64,000 nt of DNA from Nitrospirota bacterium (lineage in GTDB: Bacteria; Nitrospirota; Thermodesulfovibrionia; Thermodesulfovibrionales; JdFR-85): positions 3,621 through 67,620 of the forward strand of contig WGER01000029.1 in the NCBI GenBank assembly GCA_015492645.1, in the 5' to 3' direction. The position numbers were made by a program, and so were the translations under genes. The notes beneath the pieces are model-generated. The model saw nothing but the letters and a program-made list of their open reading frames with translations. It ran no database searches and was not told the DNA's origin. Positions 9,590 to 18,404 of the stretch are shown piece by piece (positions within the stretch are counted from its first letter, which is position 1; the number at the start of each line of letters is the position of its first letter).

Positions 9590-10899
9590 TGGCGAGATTT
9601 GTCTTCCTCATGTTGATATTGTATATCCTGGTGATGGCCATCTTTGGATACTTCAACAATACTACGGTGACGGTGGTACTCTTTAAGGACAGGACTGAGG
9701 AACTGCCCCTCTGGTTGCTGGTGTTCCTTTCTTCACTCATTGGAGCGGGTTTCCTCTTTGTGATATATATGGTAAGAGATACCAGAAGGCTCTTCAAGAA
9801 GATGCAGACACAGAAGGCACAGAAGAGGGCAGAAAAACTACAGGGCCTTTATTTAAAGGCATTGAATGAGGTCCATGCAGGAAAGGACGGAAGTGCAAAG
9901 GAGACCCTCTCATCGCTCCTGCAGATAGAACCCGATTATCTTCCAGGACTCAAAGTCCTTGCGGACCTGTCTCTGAAAGAGGGGAGGCTGGATGAGGCTG
10001 AAGAGAACTACAGAAAGGTACTCCAGGTCTCCAGAAATGACAGAGATGCCCTCTATGGACTTGCCTCTGTCAAGTTCAGACAGAAAAAGCCGGAAGAGGC
10101 CCTCTCCCTTATAGACGAGGTTATAAAGGCAGATAAGAGGGACCTCTCTGCCCTTTATTTGAAGAGACAGATTCTTGAGAGTATGAAGAAATGGGACGAG
10201 TTAATAGAACTACAGAGGTCGATCCTCTCCTTGAAAGATGAGCCTGAAGAGAGGCATTATCTGCAGGGCTACCTCTATGAGGCCGGTATGAAGGCGGTAG
10301 AGGAAGAAGACCCGGAGAAGGCGAAGAAACTCTTTAAAGAGGCCCTCAAACAGGACCACCGCTTTGTTCCGGCACATATCGGCCATGCAGAGGCGATGCT
10401 GATCGAGGACAGAGACAGAGATGCGATACATTACCTGGAGAGGGCATTCAGGGAGACCGGTTCCCTTGTGTTTCTTGCCCGGCTGGAGGACCTGCTACTC
10501 AGCCAGGGGGAGCCTTCAAAGATTATCCAGATCTATGAGGAGGCGTTAAGAGAGAAACCTGCAGATACCGCCCTCAGGTTCTTCCTTGCAAAACTCTACT
10601 ACAGACTCCAGATGCTTGACGATGCCCTTGAAACCCTGGACCAGATAGATGACCCGCAGGGTATCCCTGATATTGCCAGATTGAGGGTGGCTATATATCT
10701 ACAGAGGGGTGATTACCAGAAGGCGGCAGAGATGTTAAATTCCATCCTGGATATAAAAAATACCCTGAGGGTACCTTACTGCTGTTCAGAGTGCGGCTGG
10801 ATTCAAACGGAATGGACAGGTAGATGCCCTTTCTGTGGAAAATGGGATACCTTCTTTTTTAATCTTCATGGAAGATGTGAAAGAAAAGTCAGGATCTGA
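9589..10899 (+). CDS. LapA-like membrane domain plus TPR repeats plus LapB-type rubredoxin tail
   Basis: Two N-terminal TM helices with the N...V.V...LP pattern, TPR repeats, C-terminal CSECG...W.GRCPFCGKW. Confidence 0.75.
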   Translation: MARFVFLMLILYILVMAIFGYFNNTTVTVVLFKDRTEELPLWLLVFLSSLIGAGFLFVIYMVRDTRRLFKKMQTQKAQKRAEKLQGLYLKALNEVHAGKDGSAKETLSSLLQIEPDYLPGLKVLADLSLKEGRLDEAEENYRKVLQVSRNDRDALYGLASVKFRQKKPEEALSLIDEVIKADKRDLSALYLKRQILESMKKWDELIELQRSILSLKDEPEERHYLQGYLYEAGMKAVEEEDPEKAKKLFKEALKQDHRFVPAHIGHAEAMLIEDRDRDAIHYLERAFRETGSLVFLARLEDLLLSQGEPSKIIQIYEEALREKPADTALRFFLAKLYYRLQMLDDALETLDQIDDPQGIPDIARLRVAIYLQRGDYQKAAEMLNSILDIKNTLRVPYCCSECGWIQTEWTGRCPFCGKWDTFFFNLHGRCERKVRI

Positions 10900-11539
10900 G
10901 GTATCTACAAGACCCTACAGGGTCGGCAGAGTGGTGCTTGATACGAGTCTGTTTGTGAACCCTGAGGTGAGAAAGTACTTCGGGGAGACACCCACAGAGG
11001 CACTCGAGGGTTTTCTATTCCTGGCCGCTCAGATCCCCATCCTTGAGTTCTATATGCCCCCTTCTATCTTTAAGGAACTCCTTCACTTTGTTGACAAAGA
11101 GAAGATCTCTGGAGACCTCCTCCTGATACTACATCAGAAACCCCCGAGCAAGTATGAGATGTCCTGTCCTGCCTTCCTGCTGTATGAACTTATTGAGGAC
11201 ATCCGTAACAGGATAAATAAAGGCCTGAGGGTGGCAGAGTCGGCAGTGAGGACAGTGGGCAAAAAGAGGGAAGGTGAAGTTATACAGGAACTGAGGAGGA
11301 AATACAGGGAGGCCCTTAGAGAGGGTATTATTGACTCAAAGGAAGATGTGGACCTGATTCTGCTTGCAAAGGAACTGGATGCCCTCCTGGTTACAGCAGA
11401 CCACGGTGTAATAAAATGGGCTGAGAAACTGGGGATAAAATGGCTATTCCCAGAAAAGTTCAGGGAGTATCTGCTCAGTTCTATAAAAAAGGCAAAGCAA
11501 CTCCGTCCCGATTCTCAACCCTTTGAATCTCAGTCGTAG
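10868..11539 (+). CDS. Protein-only RNase P, HARP/Aq_880 family (PIN-like, also annotated as RNA ligase partner protein)
   Basis: VVLDTSLFVNPE, FYMPPSI, LYELIEDIRNRINKGLRVAE, LRRKYREALREGIIDSKEDVDLILLAKELDA, VTADHG closely follow the Aq_880 sequence as I recall it; ATG 10868 or GTG 10835. Confidence 0.9.
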   Translation: MEDVKEKSGSEVSTRPYRVGRVVLDTSLFVNPEVRKYFGETPTEALEGFLFLAAQIPILEFYMPPSIFKELLHFVDKEKISGDLLLILHQKPPSKYEMSCPAFLLYELIEDIRNRINKGLRVAESAVRTVGKKREGEVIQELRRKYREALREGIIDSKEDVDLILLAKELDALLVTADHGVIKWAEKLGIKWLFPEKFREYLLSSIKKAKQLRPDSQPFESQS

Positions 11540-12636
11540 AACCCGTAGCCCTTCAGTTTTCGCCTCAGGTCCTTTGTTCCCTTCTGATATGTCTTTGTGA
11601 ACGTGAGGAGATACTTTGAACCCTTCTTTTCAAGGCTCAGGAGTCTTGGACGTGTTCCTGTCTTCCTCAGATGTTCTATCAGGAGGTCCGCAGTCTCAGG
11701 TCTGTTCACTCTGACCCTGAAGGTCTCGGTTATGGGGTTGTCGTCTAAAACCACCTTCATCGCCTCGAGGAGACCCTCCATAAAGGAATCACCAATTGAT
11801 GCCTTAAGGTCCTCAGAAGGGGCCCTCGATGTCTCCAGAAGTATCGCACCTATTCTTAAAAGTCTCTGGATGTAGAATCCACCTGGTAGTTCAGACATGA
11901 GATGGGCCGTTGCCCTTATATCCCTCACACAGGAACTGAGGGTGACGTATTTTATCTCCTGTCTGCCGTCAAGGGATTTTAAGACCAGACCCTCCCTGCC
12001 CTCTCTGTCCAGTTCTTCTATAATCCTTCTGATAGCATCAGTGTCTCTTATTGTGAAAGGCCCCCATCTCCTGACACTCTTCACCCGGAGGGCATCCAGT
12101 ATCTCATACCTCTTCTGGACCGGCAGACTCCTTCCTGCCCTGTCTTTAATATCGAAGGCGAAAAAGTCGATGTCTTCATCCATATAGGGGATGCCTTCTG
12201 AGTTATAGGGGTTCTCAGGTCCCACTACCTCCACGCAGAGGGTGTAGTCAGGATACCTCTCAAAGAATTCAGCAGGAATGAATTCATTCACCCTGTCCAT
12301 TGTGAAGGGACATATGAAGCCTCCCCTTGTGAAGGCATAGACAGTGTCGCCCACTCTCCGCAGTCTAACGTTGTAGCCATCCATCTTCTCCTCTGCATAA
12401 AATGGTCCAGTGATATTTCTCTCAATCCCCTTTTCAAGGACAAGGACCCTCTTGATCCTCTGAAATCCCTTCAGGAAGCCACCATCCCAGAAGACGGTAC
12501 CTCTCAAGAATTCCCCTGCGTCCTTCTTCAGGCGGTAAAATATCCTCCCCTCAAACTCATAAAAGTCCAGGTTATCCCTGTTTATCCGTTTCTCAGGTAG
12601 AAATCTTTTGAGGTACTCTCCGAAGATGCTCTCCAT
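11530..12636 (-). CDS. ATP-dependent RNA ligase, Rnl3/Pab1020 family
   Basis: Motif I EKMDGYN, TRGGFICPFT, motif III EVVGPENPY, IIIa FFAFDI, IV EGREGLVLK, V IKYVT. Confidence 0.9.
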   Translation of the reverse strand: MESIFGEYLKRFLPEKRINRDNLDFYEFEGRIFYRLKKDAGEFLRGTVFWDGGFLKGFQRIKRVLVLEKGIERNITGPFYAEEKMDGYNVRLRRVGDTVYAFTRGGFICPFTMDRVNEFIPAEFFERYPDYTLCVEVVGPENPYNSEGIPYMDEDIDFFAFDIKDRAGRSLPVQKRYEILDALRVKSVRRWGPFTIRDTDAIRRIIEELDREGREGLVLKSLDGRQEIKYVTLSSCVRDIRATAHLMSELPGGFYIQRLLRIGAILLETSRAPSEDLKASIGDSFMEGLLEAMKVVLDDNPITETFRVRVNRPETADLLIEHLRKTGTRPRLLSLEKKGSKYLLTFTKTYQKGTKDLRRKLKGYGFYD

Positions 12637-15268
12637 ATCTCTGGATTACAAATCTCCTCTCATCTGCCTCTGTCTTGAGATTCCCCCTGAGTCTCTCGTG
12701 GAGAAGGTCCTCCAGTATCTTTGAAAAGATTGGACCAGGGGTGAAACCCATCTCCAGGAGGTCCTTACCTCTGAGGGCAGGCCTCAGAGTTCTCAACTCC
12801 AGCAGGTATCTGGAGATGGCCCTCTCCACCCTCTTATTCTTAGATGTTGCCATTACAAAGAGTACAGTTTCAAGTGGCAGGGGATGGAGGAGTCTGTAAA
12901 TCTCCACAGGGTCATCGGTGGTCATCAGTCTTGAAGACAGAACCTCGTACTGTCCCAGAGACTGGCCTATCAGACGTTGCTGTCTGGGGGGTACGCCGAG
13001 TCTGTCTATGATATCTCTCCTGTCAGAAGGTGGGATTATTGACAGGAGCCCCATCAAATAGAGTGTCTCTTTCTGAACAGGCTCATCCAGAAAGAGGAGG
13101 TCAAACCATGTGAGTACATCCCTTATTGACTGGACTGTCTCCTTCAATGGTTTCTGTGGCTTCAGTGAGGGGTGCAGGGTCTCCAGGAGGCCGTACTGCG
13201 AGAGCCTCTGGATGCTCTGCAGGGGGTCTGTCTCCTTAAATATAAGGGCGAGTTCATCGTAGAGTCTGCTGCCGGTGAGTTTCTTAAACAGGTTCAGCCT
13301 CACAGCAGATCGTATAAGTCTCTCTGTATGTCTGCTGATCTTGAAGCCAAACCTCTCGGCAAACCTCACGGCCCTGAAGGCCCTCGTTGGGTCCTCAACA
13401 AAACTGAGGTTATGCAGGACTCTTATAACCCTCTCTTTGATATCCCTCTGTGCTCCGAAAAAGTCCAGAAGGAGACCGAACTCATCCGGGTTTAATTTGA
13501 TGGCAAGTGTGTTTATGGTAAAGTCTCTCCTGTAAAGGTCCTTCTTTATAGAGGAGGTCTCCACTCTTGGCAGTGCTGCAGGCCTGTCATAGTATTCAGT
13601 CCTTGCGGTGGCGATGTCGATAGTGAAGTCCTCCAGAGGTGCATCGGGATGTTCTGCCTTATTAAATATTATCTTAGCTGTGTTGAATCTCCTGTGTGTG
13701 ACCAGTTTCACACCTTTGAGTGTCCTGCTGAAGGATGTGGCAAAGGCGATGGCATCCCCCTCAATGACTATGTCTATGTCAAGGTTCTTCTGCCCCATCA
13801 GGAGGTCCCTTACAGAGCCTCCAACCAGATAGGCCCTGTAAGTCATCTCATCCGCGTGCCTGCCCACTTTCTCAAGTATCTTAAAGACAAAAGGTGGCAT
13901 CCTCTCTCTCAGCAGATGGGCCACATTTCTGCCAATAGAGGGTCTCTCATGAACCTCTGCCTCGTCCAGCCTCTTCCTCCTGAGAAGTTCATCATAAAGG
14001 GCTCGTAACAGATCTGTCCTGGTTATACACCCTACAACCCTCCCATCCTGTATAACAGGCATGAACCTCTGATTCTTTTCAACCATCGTCCTTTCCACCT
14101 CCTGCAGGGGGGTGTCTGGTGCGGTGGTCTCAGCATCAGTGGTGGTAAATTCCTGGACCTTACTCATTCCGAAACCATGCAGGATCGCCTTCTCAACCAC
14201 CTCTCTGGTGATAATCCCGAAATACCTGCCTGATTTGAGTACAGGCAGGACATTCACACCGTAACGGGTCATCAGGACCTCTGCCTTCTTTATCTCTGTA
14301 TTGTGTGATATCGTGATAACCGGTGAGGTCATTATATCCCTTACCACCTTCTGAGGCCTGATCAGCCCTGGAATCAATTGTAGTATCCTCTCCTCCACCA
14401 ACTCCAGTGGCACACCGCTTACTGTTGCCGAGCCTGCAGAGGGGTGTCCACCACCGTCAAAGTATTTCAGCAACTCTGTTACATCAAACTCCGGCACCCT
14501 GCTCCTGCAGATGATCACCACCTTCCCCTCCATTTCAAGGATCATAACCAGGGCATCAATCTCCTCCATATCCATTATCCTGTGGGCCAATCCTGCTGCA
14601 TCCACCACATACTCTGTCCTTGATGCCTTCACCACCCTGACCCTTATCCCGTACTGGTAGATATCCTGGAAAGATGAGAGGAGTTCGTTCAGGAGTCTGA
14701 TCTCCTCCCTCCCGAGTTCTATCTTTATATACTCTGAGACTATGTTCAGATTTGCTCCCTTTCTCAACAGATAGGCCGCTGCCTGCAGGTCCCTGAAGGT
14801 GGTGGTGGGGAAACGGAATGAGCCGGTCTCCTCGTATATCCCGAGACAGAGTACAGTCGCCTCAAGGGGGCTGATGGGGATCTGTTTCTTTACTATCTCC
14901 TCCACAAAGAGGGTGGCTGTCGCTCCTACCTCCTCTACAACCTCCACTGCTGCCCTTATCCTGTCCTCGGCCGAGGGGTGGTGGTCATAGAGGTGGACAC
15001 TTACACCGGGCATCTTCACCACATCCTCAAAGGGGCCGAGTCTTGAGGCCCTGGAGGTGTCAACCACTATCACCCTCTTTATACTTCCTATGTCAATATC
15101 CGAGGCCCTCAGTATCTGGAAGGGCTGGAACTTGTGGAGAAACTCCCTCACCTTTCTCTCCTCAGAGCCTGGCATCACGCAGACCGCATCTGGATAAATC
15201 TTCTTTGCACCGAGCATTGAAGAGAGGCAGTCAAAGTCGGCATTCAGATGACAGACAATTATATCCAT
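12593..15268 (-). CDS. DHH-DHHA1-CBS-fused class II tRNA nucleotidyltransferase, probably A-adding
   Basis: HLNADFD, YDHH, GGGHPSAG, CBS pair, YLVGGSVRD...DIDI, loop ARTEYY..PAALP, RRDFTIN, EDPTR. Confidence 0.88.
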   Translation of the reverse strand: MDIIVCHLNADFDCLSSMLGAKKIYPDAVCVMPGSEERKVREFLHKFQPFQILRASDIDIGSIKRVIVVDTSRASRLGPFEDVVKMPGVSVHLYDHHPSAEDRIRAAVEVVEEVGATATLFVEEIVKKQIPISPLEATVLCLGIYEETGSFRFPTTTFRDLQAAAYLLRKGANLNIVSEYIKIELGREEIRLLNELLSSFQDIYQYGIRVRVVKASRTEYVVDAAGLAHRIMDMEEIDALVMILEMEGKVVIICRSRVPEFDVTELLKYFDGGGHPSAGSATVSGVPLELVEERILQLIPGLIRPQKVVRDIMTSPVITISHNTEIKKAEVLMTRYGVNVLPVLKSGRYFGIITREVVEKAILHGFGMSKVQEFTTTDAETTAPDTPLQEVERTMVEKNQRFMPVIQDGRVVGCITRTDLLRALYDELLRRKRLDEAEVHERPSIGRNVAHLLRERMPPFVFKILEKVGRHADEMTYRAYLVGGSVRDLLMGQKNLDIDIVIEGDAIAFATSFSRTLKGVKLVTHRRFNTAKIIFNKAEHPDAPLEDFTIDIATARTEYYDRPAALPRVETSSIKKDLYRRDFTINTLAIKLNPDEFGLLLDFFGAQRDIKERVIRVLHNLSFVEDPTRAFRAVRFAERFGFKISRHTERLIRSAVRLNLFKKLTGSRLYDELALIFKETDPLQSIQRLSQYGLLETLHPSLKPQKPLKETVQSIRDVLTWFDLLFLDEPVQKETLYLMGLLSIIPPSDRRDIIDRLGVPPRQQRLIGQSLGQYEVLSSRLMTTDDPVEIYRLLHPLPLETVLFVMATSKNKRVERAISRYLLELRTLRPALRGKDLLEMGFTPGPIFSKILEDLLHERLRGNLKTEADERRFVIQRYGEHLRRVPQKIST

Positions 15269-15274
15269 AGGGAT

Positions 15275-16687
15275 TTACTTGGCCGGCCTCTCTGACACTA
15301 CAATCTTGTCTCTGCCCATCTGTTTGGCCCTGAACAGGGCATTATCTGCAAGGGTTATCAATCCATCAGAGTCTTTCACAGGGTGTACAGGCCAGCAGGC
15401 TACTCCCATGCTCACAGTGATCCTTTCCTTTCTGAGTATCTTGAAGGAGTGTCTCTTCACATACTGAGCCAGACGTTCTGCCTCCTTCAGTGCCCCGTCG
15501 AGGGATGTCTGGGGCAGAAGGAGGATGAACTCCTCACCTCCATATCTTGCAAAGACATCACTTCTGCGTGTGTGGCGTCTGACGAGCTGGGCAAATTCTC
15601 TCAAGACCTGATCTCCCACCCTGTGGCCATACCGGTCATTTATGTTCTTGAAGAGATCTATATCCATCATGATGCAACTGAGGGGATAGCCGTATCTCTG
15701 AGCCCTGCTGAACTCCTCCTCCAGCCTGTGATAAAAGTATCTGATGTTGTAGATGCCTGTCAGGTAGTCAGTTATGGCAAGTTTCTGGAGTCGTGTCTTC
15801 TCATTCTCTATCTTCTCAAAGAGGAAGGCATTATAGAGCACATTCGCTGCAATGTTGGCCACTATATTGCAGAGCCTCAGTTCCCTCTCATCAAACCCCT
15901 TGTGTGTCCTTGATGTCCTCAGAAAGAGGGTGCCTATCACCTCATCTCTGTAGATGATTGGTATAACCGCTATCGCCTTTATGCCTATTGGTGCTATAAA
16001 TCTCTGTACAGAACGCATAAGAGGCTCCTGCATCGCATCCTGAATCACCACGGGGCGCTTGTTCTTGAGGGCCTCCCTTATCTCAGGATATTTCCTGATA
16101 TCTATCCTGATATTGGTTATACTGGGGTCCTCAAAAGAGGAGACTACATAGGCATATCTCCGATCACCTAATCCTATACTCAGGATTGAACAACGGGTTA
16201 CGTCTATCATCTCTGAGATCTTTTTCACTATGTAGTAGAGTATCTTCCTTGGGTTAAGTGTGGAGGTGATCAGGTATGTAAGTTCAACAACGGCCTCCAG
16301 GTCTTTCCTCGCCTCATACAGACACCTGAACCAGCTCTTCCTCTCACGGGCTATCCTTATCTTTAGATCCAGGTCCTCTTCATGGAAGGGGGCTATCAGG
16401 TAGTAGTCTATATTATAGTTTATTACTGCATTTAGTGCCCTCGGGATGTTCTCCATGATGAGGGCAATCTTTGGTATATCGATCTCAATCTCTCTGAACT
16501 TTTCATTCAGTAGAGTGGCCTCTACAAGGAGGAGTTCATAGGAATCACTCTGTAAGTTCCTCACAAGACTCTTCAGAGTGGTTACATACTGTGGAGTATA
16601 GTTTCTCTGTTGAAAAAAGTCCTCAAGGAAGTTTCTCAACTTTAAAGACTTTTCATAGACCAATATATCCCTTTCGCCCTGTGTCAT
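15275..16687 (-). CDS. Diguanylate cyclase (degenerate REC, GAF, GGDEF)
   Basis: TDYLTGIYN, DIDLFKNINDRYGHRVGD, I-site RRSD and GGEEF active site. Confidence 0.93.
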   Translation of the reverse strand: MTQGERDILVYEKSLKLRNFLEDFFQQRNYTPQYVTTLKSLVRNLQSDSYELLLVEATLLNEKFREIEIDIPKIALIMENIPRALNAVINYNIDYYLIAPFHEEDLDLKIRIARERKSWFRCLYEARKDLEAVVELTYLITSTLNPRKILYYIVKKISEMIDVTRCSILSIGLGDRRYAYVVSSFEDPSITNIRIDIRKYPEIREALKNKRPVVIQDAMQEPLMRSVQRFIAPIGIKAIAVIPIIYRDEVIGTLFLRTSRTHKGFDERELRLCNIVANIAANVLYNAFLFEKIENEKTRLQKLAITDYLTGIYNIRYFYHRLEEEFSRAQRYGYPLSCIMMDIDLFKNINDRYGHRVGDQVLREFAQLVRRHTRRSDVFARYGGEEFILLLPQTSLDGALKEAERLAQYVKRHSFKILRKERITVSMGVACWPVHPVKDSDGLITLADNALFRAKQMGRDKIVVSERPAK

Positions 16688-16760
16688 CTTATTAAATTAT
16701 AACAGATTATCTCGATGAGTTGTACGATATAAACCTATGGTTGTATTTTTCTTAATCTAA

Positions 16761-16787
16761 AAACTTACACTTCCGAAGTGTGAGTTT
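16761..16787. promoter_or_regulatory. 27-bp near-perfect palindrome, candidate operator between divergent DGC and nadB
   Basis: AAACTTACACTTC-C-GAAGTGTGAGTTT, 13-bp arms with one mismatch. Confidence 0.5.
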
Positions 16788-16826
16788 CGGGGCATAAAAG
16801 TTGGCCAGAAGTTGTAAAATAACACT

Positions 16827-18404
16827 ATGCTGAGTTCTTGGGAGACCCTAAGCACCGATTTTCTTGTGATTGGTAGTGGTGTAGCAGGGCTGAGGGCTGC
16901 TGTTGAACTGAGTAAAGGGGGTGAAGTGCTTGTGGTCACGAAGGATGTAGTTACAGAGTCCAGTTCAGAGTATGCTCAGGGTGGTGTGGCAGTTGCGTTG
17001 AGTGACGAGGACGAGGTGGGTATCCACTTTGAGGATACCATAAGGGCAGGGGACGGGTTGTGCCGTGAAGAGGCTGTGAGGGTCCTTGTGGGAGAGGGGC
17101 CTGAAAGGATAATGGAATTGATTCAATGGGGTGCCGAGTTTGACAGGGTAGGTTCAAAACTCGATTTCGCCATAGAGGGGGCCCACTCCAGGAGAAGGGT
17201 CCTGCATGCCCATGGTGACTCCACTGGACAGGAGATAGTGAGGGTACTGATAGAAAAGATAAAGACCCTCAGAGGTGTGAAGAGAATGCCCTACAGTATG
17301 GCCGTTGACCTCTATGTGCAGGATGGGGTTTGCGGTGGTGCGATAGTGCTTAGGCCAACAGGTATATGTCTTATAAGGGCAAAGGCCACGGTGCTGGCCA
17401 CAGGAGGTGCCGGTCAGGTCTATGCAAGGACCACCAATCCCTCTGTGGCAACCTCTGATGGGGTGGGAATGGCATTCAGGGCTGGTGCGGTGGTTGAGGA
17501 TATGGAGTTCGTCCAGTTTCACCCGACAGCACTGTATATGGAGGGTGCCCCACAGTTTCTGCTCTCAGAGGCGATGAGGGGGGAAGGTGGGGTTCTAAGG
17601 AACATACATGGTGAGGCCTTCATGAAGAGGTACCATCCAGATGGGGACCTGGCTCCGAGGGATGTGGTCTCCAGGGCGATAATCTCTGAGATGGTCAGGA
17701 CGAAGAGCAGTCATGTCTACCTTGACATGACACACCTGGACGCCCAGTTTCTAAAGAGGAGATTCCCGAGGATATACAGGACCTGTCTGCAATGTGGTGT
17801 TGACATAACCTCCCAGAAGATCCCTGTATCACCTGCGGCCCATTATATCATGGGTGGCGTGAAGACGGATATAGATGGTCGTACAACGATCAGGGGTCTT
17901 TATGCAGCAGGCGAGACGGCATGTACAGGGGTACACGGTGCGAACCGGCTCGCCAGCAACAGTCTGCTGGAAGGGCTTGTGTTTGGTGCAAGGGCAGGGG
18001 TTGCAGCCCTTGAAGAGGCAGGCAGGGCTCTCTCACACATAAGAGAAATACCTCGCCATCTACTGGAAGGTATTGGTGAGATCTCAGGACAAGAGAGCCT
18101 GAGGGATGAAGTGAGGAGGGTGATGTGGGAGAGGGTGGGGATAATCAGGTGCAGGGAGTCACTACAGATTGCCAGGGATTTCTTGAGAGAGCATGCCTAT
18201 ATAACAGAGAAGCAATACCTCCGGAGAGAGGAACTTGAATTGAAGAATATCCTTACCACCGCCATGTTGATAACAGAGTCCGCCATGAGAAGGGAGTGTT
18301 CAATTGGTGCCCATTACCGTTCAGACTACAAACAGAGGGAGGGATGCCTCTACCATCAGGCAGTGGTATTGAGGGGAGACAGAATGGAGTTCTACAGGTC
18401 ATGA
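16827..18404 (+). CDS. nadB: L-aspartate oxidase
   Basis: GSGVAGL, AQGGVA, EGAHS, QFHPT, LSEAMRGEG, LAPRDVVSR, HYIMGG, HGANRLASNSLLE. Confidence 0.95.
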   Translation: MLSSWETLSTDFLVIGSGVAGLRAAVELSKGGEVLVVTKDVVTESSSEYAQGGVAVALSDEDEVGIHFEDTIRAGDGLCREEAVRVLVGEGPERIMELIQWGAEFDRVGSKLDFAIEGAHSRRRVLHAHGDSTGQEIVRVLIEKIKTLRGVKRMPYSMAVDLYVQDGVCGGAIVLRPTGICLIRAKATVLATGGAGQVYARTTNPSVATSDGVGMAFRAGAVVEDMEFVQFHPTALYMEGAPQFLLSEAMRGEGGVLRNIHGEAFMKRYHPDGDLAPRDVVSRAIISEMVRTKSSHVYLDMTHLDAQFLKRRFPRIYRTCLQCGVDITSQKIPVSPAAHYIMGGVKTDIDGRTTIRGLYAAGETACTGVHGANRLASNSLLEGLVFGARAGVAALEEAGRALSHIREIPRHLLEGIGEISGQESLRDEVRRVMWERVGIIRCRESLQIARDFLREHAYITEKQYLRREELELKNILTTAMLITESAMRRECSIGAHYRSDYKQREGCLYHQAVVLRGDRMEFYRS

